64,000 bases of DNA from a virus (taxonomy: Duplodnaviria; Caudoviricetes). Under the pieces are notes generated by a model. The model was not told where the DNA came from and ran no database searches. It saw only the letters and a list, made by a program, of their open reading frames with translations. How positions within the stretch are numbered: position 1 is the stretch's first letter; each line of letters starts with the position of its first letter. Of the stretch, positions 1 to 5,912 are shown in pieces. The position numbers and the translations under genes were made by a program. Location: positions 64,001 to 128,000 of IMG/VR virus record IMGVR_UViG_3300034053_000029; one strand, 5' to 3'.

Positions 1-122
1 AACAGGACGCAGAACATAATTAAATTAATCACCGCCCAAATTTCCATAGACTCTGTACCAACTCCAACTATGGTCGGTAAAGTAATGTAACCAGTCAAAA
101 GAAATTCTGTTAAATCGTCCAT
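1..122 (-). CDS. Hypothetical membrane protein, runs off the left edge (MDDLTEFLLTGYITLPTIVGVG...)
   Basis: Open frame from ATG at 122 to the edge; hydrophobic; CATAAATA late-promoter-like box at 127-134. Confidence 0.55.
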   Translation of the reverse strand, partial: MDDLTEFLLTGYITLPTIVGVGTESMEIWAVINLIMFCVL

Positions 123-136
123 TTACTATTTATGCT

Positions 137-167
137 TGGAACATGAGACAGGAATCGAACCTGCTTA
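137..167 (-). pseudogene. tRNA 3' half remnant (T-arm, acceptor strand, CCA)
   Basis: GCAGG-TTCGATT-CCTGT-CTCATGT-T-CCA; 29/31 identical to the 3' end of tRNA-Gly at 4384-4414. Confidence 0.7.
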
Positions 168-275
168 GAACTCAACTATGATAAATATATGTGAGTTAGA
201 TGGTTATTGGTCGTAACCATCAGCTTGAGGAAGACTACAAGTTGTCCTCACATACTATTTATTAAGGAAGACATT

Positions 276-1088
276 ATGAAAAATCAAACCTGCAAGCACT
301 GCAATCAGACACTACCGAACCTTTCACCTAAGGTATTTTCTAACCACGTTAGGTGGTGTGATAAAAATCTGAATAGAAAGAAAGTAGGCCCAATTGGTAT
401 AGCCAAAAGGGCAAAAACGATCAAACAGAATACTTTTAATAGAAAAATAATATTATGGAAAGAATATTACTTAACACCAAAAATATGTGTTGAATGTAAA
501 AATGAAATTGATTGGTTTAGAAAAGACCAGATGTGTTGTTCTGCATCGTGTGCAGCAAAAGTTTCTAATAGAAATAAAACACCAGAACAAAAACACAAAG
601 CAAAAAATTGTGGTAAATTGCTAGGCAGAAATAATAAAAAGGTTAAAGAACCAATTGCACCATATTCAAAAGTGTATAAGTGTACTTGTAAGGTATCTGG
701 TATTGTTTGGTACAGTAAAACAGTAAAGCATATACACCCTAGTGTAACTGAAACTAAACAACAGTACTCATATCAATGTAGATTCAATTTCCAAATTAAA
801 ACTTATTCTAATTGGTTTTATTATTCATCAGAGTTGATCAATCATTTTGGTTGGTATGCTGCCAAAAATAAAGGTGACAATCTAACCGGATGTTCTAGAG
901 ATCACTTATACTCTGTAAATGACGGATTTATCAATAATGTTGATCCAAAAATAATTTCTCATCCAGCTAATTGTGAGATAAAACCACATAAACAAAATCA
1001 ATCCAAAGGCAGATCATCTTCAATAACTTTAACAGAATTGTTAGATAGAATTACAACTTTTGAAAATAAGTATGGGAGAGTGGTATGA
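276..1088 (+). CDS. HNH-type homing endonuclease-like protein with Cys-rich zinc modules
   Basis: C-terminal SRDHLYS...HPANCE...HKQNQSKG motif; CxxC modules; AAGGA SD before ATG 276 (track start 207 is upstream); GATAAATA at 180-187. Confidence 0.75.
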   Translation: MKNQTCKHCNQTLPNLSPKVFSNHVRWCDKNLNRKKVGPIGIAKRAKTIKQNTFNRKIILWKEYYLTPKICVECKNEIDWFRKDQMCCSASCAAKVSNRNKTPEQKHKAKNCGKLLGRNNKKVKEPIAPYSKVYKCTCKVSGIVWYSKTVKHIHPSVTETKQQYSYQCRFNFQIKTYSNWFYYSSELINHFGWYAAKNKGDNLTGCSRDHLYSVNDGFINNVDPKIISHPANCEIKPHKQNQSKGRSSSITLTELLDRITTFENKYGRVV

Positions 1089-1147
1089 GAATCGAACTCA
1101 TTTGATTAGTTTTGCAGACTAACACCTAACCATTCGGACAACCACTC
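1073..1147 (-). tRNA. tRNA-Cys(GCA)
   Basis: Cloverleaf; anticodon arm TTAGT-CTGCAAA-ACTAA; 3' end reads U73-CCCA. Confidence 0.9.
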
Positions 1148-1160
1148 TCACATAATTACT

Positions 1161-1182
1161 CTAGTCATTCGGCCAACGTCAT
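1161..1182 (-). pseudogene. Possible tRNA 5' fragment (acceptor strand plus D-arm start)
   Basis: ATGACGT-TG-GCCGAATGACTAG resembles the 5' end of the neighbouring tRNA-Cys; no anticodon arm or T-arm follows. Confidence 0.35.
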
Positions 1183-1188
1183 ATTGTT

Positions 1189-1262
1189 TGGAAGGGGTAC
1201 TTGGAATCGAACCAAGTCTAATGCTGTCAAAGAGCATGGTGCAGCCAATACACTTTACCCCT
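1189..1262 (-). tRNA. tRNA-Gln(TTG)
   Basis: ATGCT-CTTTGAC-AGCAT; TTCGATT T-loop; CCA. Confidence 0.92.
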
Positions 1263-1268
1263 ATTGTT

Positions 1269-1342
1269 TGGTGGGTCATGAAGGTACTGCCCCTTCGTCG
1301 ACTGGTTAAAAGCCAGATGTTCTACTATTGAACTAATGACCC
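1269..1342 (-). tRNA. tRNA-Lys(TTT), non-canonical T-loop
   Basis: CTGG-CTTTTAA-CCAG; T-loop GGCAGTA; CCA. Confidence 0.9.
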
Positions 1343-1545
1343 GAAATAGGCGAGTTTCATTTCTCCCTAAAGAAACTAATCCTCGATCTTCACTGTTATT
1401 CCACAGCATGGCAGACTAGCCACTGTTCCAATTAAAAGGGATAATGACAAGCGGAACATAATCTCTAGTTACTCGTCATTATTTTTCGCTCACGATTTTG
1501 CTCTCTACCACAAAGGGAGCGTGGTAGGCGAGGAAGCACCGAAGT
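1343..1545 (-). ncRNA. Candidate structured ncRNA in tRNA spacer
   Basis: Helices ATAATGACGAG/CTTGTCATTAT (G-U pair works only on minus strand) and CTACCAC/GTGGTAG; no credible ORF. Confidence 0.4.
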
Positions 1546-1547
1546 TC

Positions 1548-1628
1548 TTATTTGCTAATATGTACCAATGCCCACAATGCTACGATTGGAGCAATGACCA
1601 ATCCAATTGCTATAATTCCACCGATCAT
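1548..1628 (-). CDS. 26-aa membrane peptide (MIGGIIAIGLVIAPIVALWALVHISK)
   Basis: GGAG SD; single hydrophobic helix; below track cutoff. Confidence 0.6.
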   Translation of the reverse strand: MIGGIIAIGLVIAPIVALWALVHISK

Positions 1629-1637
1629 GTGACTCTC

Positions 1638-1745
1638 CTATCGAAATAGCAGCAATGGAACTGCTGCACTTACCATAAACAATGCGACACCGTGTATCGC
1701 TAACCATAGACTGAATTTTAGTTCATCTACGACTTTATCAATCAC
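1638..1745 (-). CDS. 35-aa membrane peptide (MIDKVVDELKFSLWLAIHGVALFMVSAAVPLLLFR)
   Basis: GTG start with AAGGA SD; overlaps stop of upstream sORF. Confidence 0.55.
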   Translation of the reverse strand: MIDKVVDELKFSLWLAIHGVALFMVSAAVPLLLFR

Positions 1746-1851
1746 GACGTGTATCCTTGATATCACGCATAATCATTGATTCTGCTAGTTGACGATGTGA
1801 GTGTGATTCAAACGTGGAAAGCCACTCTAGAAATTTAATAATTAAAGTCAT
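1738..1851 (-). CDS. 37-aa small protein (MTLIIKFLEWLSTFESHSHRQLAES...)
   Basis: AGGAG SD; follows CATAAATA box at 1875-1882. Confidence 0.6.
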   Translation of the reverse strand: MTLIIKFLEWLSTFESHSHRQLAESMIMRDIKDTRRD

Positions 1852-1874
1852 GTAATGCTCCTAATGAAAGATAA

Positions 1875-1895
1875 TATTTATGCTGCAATGCAGCA
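1875..1895 (-). promoter_or_regulatory. Late-promoter-like CATAAATA abutting the palindrome TGCTGCAATGCAGCA (operator-like)
   Basis: 15-bp inverted repeat with a 1-nt centre at 1881-1895. Confidence 0.55.
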
Positions 1896-1918
1896 CATTT
1901 CTCCTTCTCCAACCCTCA

Positions 1919-2443
1919 TTAGGATTTATTCAAACTAAGTTTCTGCGGCACTTTTAATGACGATTCTATTGCCCTAGAAAGTGGGACTTGTCTAACATAT
2001 TCATTACTTGCTTTGCGGTTATTCCACGGAACAAGATCATATTCTAATATTACGTTACTGTCAAGAACAACAGCACGAGTACAAAGATTATTCATCTGAA
2101 CGTATTTCACCAGAAAGTTATTAGCAAACTTGAATGGGACATTCTTAAATAGCTTTTGTTCTTTTTTCCAAAGACAATCTTTACGTTCAATGCAGTTGAT
2201 CGTTTTAAATGGAAAATCAATATCGCCTTTCCAATTTTCATGTCGCACTTCAACTTCCCATGCAGCAATAACTTTTTTATCAGCATTCAACGATAAAACA
2301 TCTATTCCAAATTTGTTAGGGTTCTCGATATGAAATGGGACATCTGTAATTCTATACTTCAATCTAGCAATCAGTGCATCTTTACCTTTTTTATCCCATT
2401 TATTGTGTTCTTCCTCATCGAATGGTTTTAATGATCCTATCAT
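1919..2443 (-). CDS. PD-(D/E)xK-like nuclease, hypothetical
   Basis: FGIDVL...WEVEVR motif; GAGG SD before ATG 2443; track start 2509 lies inside a tRNA. Confidence 0.55.
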   Translation of the reverse strand: MIGSLKPFDEEEHNKWDKKGKDALIARLKYRITDVPFHIENPNKFGIDVLSLNADKKVIAAWEVEVRHENWKGDIDFPFKTINCIERKDCLWKKEQKLFKNVPFKFANNFLVKYVQMNNLCTRAVVLDSNVILEYDLVPWNNRKASNEYVRQVPLSRAIESSLKVPQKLSLNKS

Positions 2444-2458
2444 ATGATCCTCATAAAA

Positions 2459-2553
2459 TGGTACTCCCGACTGGACTCGAACCAGTATCATCAGCCAATC
2501 TAGCCGCAATGCCGAGGTATAAGCTCGGAGTTTTACCGTTAAACTACAGGAGT
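2459..2553 (-). tRNA. tRNA-Ile(TAT) with long variable arm
   Basis: CCGAG-CTTATAC-CTCGG; 25-nt variable region; A1-U72, A73; CCA. Confidence 0.85.
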
Positions 2554-2565
2554 ATTAAATAAAAC

Positions 2566-2615
2566 TGGATACGCATAGTTGAGTAAAAGTCAATTGTGAT
2601 TGCTGTAGGTATCCA
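2566..2615 (-). ncRNA. Mini tRNA-like element (stem, TACAGCAATCA, anticodon-like hairpin)
   Basis: TGGATAC/GTATCCA closing stem; TTGA-CTTTTAC-TCAA hairpin. Confidence 0.5.
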
Positions 2616-2619
2616 AAAC

Positions 2620-2696
2620 TGGTCGGAGATGAGAGATTCGAACTCCCGACATCTTGCTCCCAAAGCAAGCGGTCTACCAGACTGACCTAATCTCCG
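2620..2696 (-). tRNA. tRNA-Pro(TGG)
   Basis: CTTGC-TTTGGGA-GCAAG; canonical cloverleaf. Confidence 0.95.
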
Positions 2697-2703
2697 ATAA
2701 TGC

Positions 2704-2778
2704 TGGCGCCCCCACACGGAATCGAACCATGAACTAGACTTTAGAAGAGTCCTGTTATATCCATTTAACTATAGGGAC
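2704..2778 (-). tRNA. tRNA-Arg(TCT)
   Basis: GGACT-CTTCTAA-AGTCT; CCA. Confidence 0.95.
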
Positions 2779-2785
2779 GAAATTC

Positions 2786-2864
2786 TGGCTCCGTATCTAG
2801 GGAACGATCCTAGCTAGTCAGTGATTAACAGTCACGCCCATGCACCAAGCTCGGGTTATACGGA
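2786..2864 (-). tRNA. tRNA-Asn(GTT), non-canonical T-loop
   Basis: GTGA-CTGTTAA-TCAC; T-loop ATCGTTC; G73-CCA. Confidence 0.9.
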
Positions 2865-2872
2865 ATTGTTAC

Positions 2873-2946
2873 TGGTGCCTATTGACGGAATCGAACCGCC
2901 ATAACAAGATTACAAATCTAGCGTAATACCATTATACGAAATAGGC
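2873..2946 (-). tRNA. tRNA-Thr(TGT)
   Basis: AGA-TTTGTAA-TCT; CCA. Confidence 0.93.
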
Positions 2947-2953
2947 ATAAAAC

Positions 2954-3026
2954 TGGTTGCGACCACGGGAGTTGAACCCGCTTCCATCTTGGCTTATGAG
3001 GCCAGAGTCTACCACTAGAAGTCGCA
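2954..3026 (-). tRNA. tRNA(CAT), Met or Ile2, truncated D-arm
   Basis: TGGC-CTCATAA-GCCA; D-arm TCTA-GTGG-TAGA with no 8/9 linker; A73-CCA. Confidence 0.8.
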
Positions 3027-3034
3027 ATTAATTA

Positions 3035-3170
3035 AAAGTATCTTGTCTTGGGTTTAAGGACACCATTTAATCCTCCTTACAGGTCTCTAGTAATCATCTA
3101 GCATAGCAAGGATATTGACAGTGACTTTGACAAGCAAGTTCGTTGATTAGACGATTTGTTCCCATACTTA
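3035..3170 (-). ncRNA. Candidate ~135-nt structured RNA
   Basis: AAGTAT/ATACTT closure; ATCCTTGC/GTAAGGA helix; CTAG/CTAG hairpin. Confidence 0.35.
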
Positions 3171-3177
3171 TTTAAAC

Positions 3178-3254
3178 GGAATGACTTTTTGCTCCTTATT
3201 TTTATGTCCGGTAAGCAAACGGACTGCCATTAAATTGATTGCTGTAATCATTCC
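3178..3254 (-). ncRNA. Second mini tRNA-like element (stem, TACAGCAATCA, hairpin)
   Basis: GGAATGA/TCATTCC closing stem; GTCCG/CGGAC hairpin; same 11-mer as 2566-2615. Confidence 0.5.
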
Positions 3255-3259
3255 AAAAC

Positions 3260-3335
3260 TGGTGGAGACGGTCGGAATCAAACCGACCACAGAATCATTG
3301 CAAGTGATTCTCGCCCTCTTGGTACATTCGCCCCC
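3260..3335 (-). tRNA. tRNA-Ala(TGC)
   Basis: AATCA-CTTGCAA-TGATT; G3-U70; A73. Confidence 0.95.
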
Positions 3336-3357
3336 GTTATTTCTGTAACATATGCAT

Positions 3358-3386
3358 AGTATATAGTGTCTGCATATTGAAGTCAA
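3358..3386 (-). promoter_or_regulatory. sigma70-type promoter
   Basis: TTGACT-N17-TATACT. Confidence 0.8.
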
Positions 3387-3393
3387 GTAATTT

Positions 3394-3476
3394 TGGTGGG
3401 ACAGGAGAGATTTGAACTCTCAAGCCGAAGCGTCTGAGCTTAAATCAGATGTGTTTGCCAATTTCACCACAGTCCC
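3394..3476 (-). tRNA. tRNA-Leu(TAA)
   Basis: TCTGA-TTTAAGC-TCAGA; type II variable arm; A73-CCA. Confidence 0.93.
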
Positions 3477-4229
3477 ATGTTCTTTAATTTGTTCAAGAAT
3501 ACCATCCCAATTAAATGATCTCTTATCTGAACTTAGTAATATTATTATGCTAACTCCAAGCTCTATTTCACAAAGATTAATTTTTTGTATTTGTAATTCT
3601 TGTATTTTGATTATTCTTTCGCTTCGTTCATTTGTAGATTTCTTACACCACATACTCTTTGGGTCTAAATAAACATTAAAATCTGGTAAATAAAAATCTG
3701 GTTCATACTTACGACCATCTGACAATACTAGTGGTGTTGGTCTCGACCACACAATTCTATTTTTATCCAATATATTAGCAACTTGCCATTCATGTATAGA
3801 TTCTAAATTAAACTTTAACCCAAATGAATCTATGTAAGGTATATAATTTCTTTTCCACCGTAATGTTGGATTTGCTGCTACTCCAGCTATACTTGGTTTC
3901 CATTTTCCAATGATGAACGATTCGTGTCGAGATTCTATTTGTTTTGATATACTTTGGTGAGTATCTTTTGTGTGCCCTTTACTCCAGTTCATCTTATCCT
4001 TAATTTCTTGAGGTAAGTTTTCATATCTTTGTTTGGCAGGTACTCTGCCACCATTTATATATGATTCTTTCGTACCTTTGCTATTTTTCTCTTTACATTT
4101 CGGACATTGTGTTGATCTAGGACTACACATCAAATTGCCAGATAAGTTTATATATTTTGCAATCTGATTACACCCATAATGACAAAGTTCTGCTGTTATT
4201 ATTTGTTCTGATTTTCTATGTTTTCCCAT
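3420..4229 (-). CDS. Homing-endonuclease-like protein (zinc ribbon plus PD-(D/E)xK); C-terminus read through tRNA-Leu
   Basis: YEPDFYLPDFNVYLDPK motif; GAGG SD before ATG 4229; GATAAATA at 4258-4265. Confidence 0.75.
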   Translation of the reverse strand: MGKHRKSEQIITAELCHYGCNQIAKYINLSGNLMCSPRSTQCPKCKEKNSKGTKESYINGGRVPAKQRYENLPQEIKDKMNWSKGHTKDTHQSISKQIESRHESFIIGKWKPSIAGVAANPTLRWKRNYIPYIDSFGLKFNLESIHEWQVANILDKNRIVWSRPTPLVLSDGRKYEPDFYLPDFNVYLDPKSMWCKKSTNERSERIIKIQELQIQKINLCEIELGVSIIILLSSDKRSFNWDGILEQIKEHGTVVKLANTSDLSSDASA

Positions 4230-4301
4230 TTGTGCCTCGATGATAAATGTATACATATATTTATCATTTTACACTCTTGAGTATACCAATTATTTAAAAT
4301 C

Positions 4302-4375
4302 TGGTACTTCGTGATGGTTATGCTCCACCGTAGCCGCTTTATCAAAACGGTATTCTTCTATTGAATTAACGAAGC
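4302..4375 (-). tRNA. tRNA-Ile(GAT), non-canonical T-loop
   Basis: CCGTT-TTGATAA-AGCGG; T-loop AGCATAA. Confidence 0.88.
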
Positions 4376-4383
4376 ATTATTAC

Positions 4384-4470
4384 TGGAGCAGGAGACAGGA
4401 ATCGAACCTGCTTACGGCTTTCGCCTTACTTGATTGGAAGTCAAGCGCCTAACCAATAGGCTACACCTGC
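4384..4470 (-). tRNA. tRNA-Gly(TCC) with long variable arm
   Basis: CTTGA-CTTCCAA-TCAAG; V-arm GGC-GAAA-GCC; G1-C72, C2-G71, U73. Confidence 0.88.
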
Positions 4471-4477
4471 ATAATTT

Positions 4478-4551
4478 TGGCGAGTCTGTAAGGAATTTAA
4501 CCCTATCCGCCGAGGTTGGAACTCGGAATGCTAACGTAACACTTCAGACCC
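4478..4551 (-). tRNA. tRNA-Trp(CCA)
   Basis: CCGAG-TTCCAAC-CTCGG; G73. Confidence 0.9.
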
Positions 4552-4560
4552 ATATTGTTT

Positions 4561-4632
4561 TGGTGCCCAATGAAGGAGTCGAACCTTCTCAGTCGTGATT
4601 CGTATTCACAACGCCGTTCCGTCGGATTGGAC
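4561..4632 (-). tRNA. tRNA-Arg(ACG), atypical
   Basis: 7-bp anticodon stem GTTGTGA/TCACGAC; loop ATACGAA; D-arm CCG-ACGGAA-CGG with no linker. Confidence 0.75.
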
Positions 4633-4638
4633 TTTATT

Positions 4639-4714
4639 TGGTGCCGCCTCGTGGTTTCGATCCACGCTTTCCACCTTTTCAGGGTAGCACTTTCACCAGA
4701 TTAGTTTAAGCGGC
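4639..4714 (-). tRNA. tRNA-Phe(GAA)
   Basis: CTACC-CTGAAAA-GGTGG; CCA. Confidence 0.92.
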
Positions 4715-4721
4715 AATGATT

Positions 4722-4808
4722 TGGTGCGAGTGACAGGCATCGAACCTGTAAGACCGTTAAGTCGCTGACTTCTAAAGACAGTGTGTTTCCCAATTTCACC
4801 ACACTCGC
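4722..4808 (-). tRNA. tRNA-Leu(TAG)
   Basis: Loop TTTAGAA; type II V-arm; A73. Confidence 0.92.
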
Positions 4809-4818
4809 ATTGTGTTAC

Positions 4819-4915
4819 TGGAGGAAAAGGTGAGATTCGAACTCACGGCCCACGGATGGTTACGGGACGCTGGTTTTCAAGACCAGAGCAATAAACCGGA
4901 CTCTGCCACTTTTCC
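4819..4915 (-). tRNA. tRNA-Ser(TGA)
   Basis: CTGGT-CTTGAAA-ACCAG; long V-arm; U73 rather than the usual G73. Confidence 0.9.
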
Positions 4916-4925
4916 ATTGTGTTAC

Positions 4926-5015
4926 TGGCGGAAGAATGAGGTCACGATCCCCATGCCATATTTCAGGCACCTATCGTTTAGCAAACGATGCTGTCACCTT
5001 GACAATTAATCTTCC
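4926..5015 (-). tRNA. tRNA-Ser(GCT)
   Basis: ATCGT-TTGCTAA-ACGAT; V-arm; T-loop ATCGTGA. Confidence 0.88.
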
Positions 5016-5024
5016 ATTTAATTT

Positions 5025-5100
5025 TGGTCAGAGTGGGGAATTACGATATCCCAACCTCCTGTATCCAAGACAGGCCGTCTTCCTTTGACAATACACTCAG
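5025..5100 (-). tRNA. tRNA-Pro(TGG), second divergent copy
   Basis: CCTGT-CTTGGAT-ACAGG; C1-G72, A73; degenerate T-arm. Confidence 0.8.
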
Positions 5101-5108
5101 ATAATTCT

Positions 5109-5183
5109 TGGTATCGCACTGGGGTTTCGATCCCCACTCACTAGTTTGAAGGACTAGTTGCCACGCCAGCTGCATCGTGCGAT
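5109..5183 (-). tRNA. tRNA-Glu(TTC)
   Basis: CTAGT-CCTTCAA-ACTAG (C33); CCA. Confidence 0.85.
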
Positions 5184-5194
5184 GTATAAATTCT

Positions 5195-5290
5195 TGCTAT
5201 GTCCTTTTGCGAGGACTCTAGTTGTGGCTTGAGAGGCATCGTTCCTAGAATCGAGAGGCACTTCCACCAAACCGTAAAGCGACGGTCTGC
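5195..5290 (-). ncRNA. Candidate pseudoknotted ~95-nt RNA between tRNA-Asp and tRNA-Glu
   Basis: AGACCGT/ACGGTTT, GTGG/CCAC crossing TTCTAG/CTAGAG, GTCCT/AGGAC; TGCCTCTC repeated twice. Confidence 0.4.
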
Positions 5291-5294
5291 ATTT

Positions 5295-5369
5295 TGGCGA
5301 CACGGAAGGGAATCAAACCCTCATAAGTCTCCTAGACAGGGAGATGCATTATCAATCTGCCACCGTGCC
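5295..5369 (-). tRNA. tRNA-Asp(GTC)
   Basis: TCTCC-CTGTCTA-GGAGA; G73. Confidence 0.92.
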
Positions 5370-5375
5370 AAATTT

Positions 5376-5454
5376 TGGGGTGATCGACCAGACTCTCACT
5401 GGCTAATATACTACTTCACAGGTAGTAGGCTCGAATACTTCGCTTTCGATCACC
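5376..5454 (-). tRNA. tRNA-His(GTG)
   Basis: CTAC-CTGTGAA-GTAG; G-1:C73 pair. Confidence 0.9.
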
Positions 5455-5457
5455 ATT

Positions 5458-5820
5458 GAATTCTCTCTCAGATCAAGGGCGTGTCTGAGATTGTGTAATT
5501 TGCCCGACTGCACTAAGGCAGTCTTACACTTTTGAATGATTAAGAGCATTCACGACTCTAATTATTCTTTTGTGGAAGTTAGGAAGTCGTTTCGATGGCG
5601 GGTCATTGGCGCCCTACTTTCCACCGCTAACTTCCACGAATTCTGTGGGGTGTGGATTTTACGAGCTTGCCTAACGCCCCTTTGCTCGATCTACGGGAGT
5701 GATCCAGCCTGCAGTAACCAAATCATCCTATCTTAATTCAAATCTTCTTTAGAATCGACTCACATGAAACAATGTAGGCTGTTGGATGCGCCCCATTTGA
5801 CCGAACCAACTTCGGCTCAT
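5458..5820 (-). ncRNA. Large structured RNA, 3' segment (GOLLD-like)
   Basis: 11-bp helix GTGGAAGTTAG/CTAACTTCCAC; GTGTAA/TTACAC; GACTGC/GCAGTC; CTCAGA/TCTGAG; GGGC/GCCC pseudoknot; GAATTC closure; lies in a tRNA array. Confidence 0.55.
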
Positions 5821-5835
5821 GTAAATCTCAAAAGA

Positions 5836-5912
5836 GATAAATAATAATGCTAGTCACGAAGCGTCAACTTCTACTAGCCCTAGACATTCTAACAACTTGA
5901 AAGGATCAAATT
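5836..5912 (+). promoter_or_regulatory. Late promoter plus conserved structured leader, copy 1
   Basis: GATAAATA; GCTAGT-CAC-GAAG-loop-CTTC-T-ACTAGC; CTAGACATTCTA; AAAGGA SD. Confidence 0.75.

Noticed and set aside
1515-1545. TTCCTCG resembling the L3 loop of an HDV-like ribozyme
   Set aside because: No P3, P1 and P2 arrangement in the required order could be built
4270-4292. AATTGGTATACTCAAGAG as a tRNA D-arm remnant beside the nuclease gene
   Set aside because: Too short to distinguish from chance
5847-5900. 17-codon uORF in HEG leader copy 1
   Set aside because: Not conserved: it stops after 5 codons in copy 3, and copy 2 differs; the RNA structure is what is conserved
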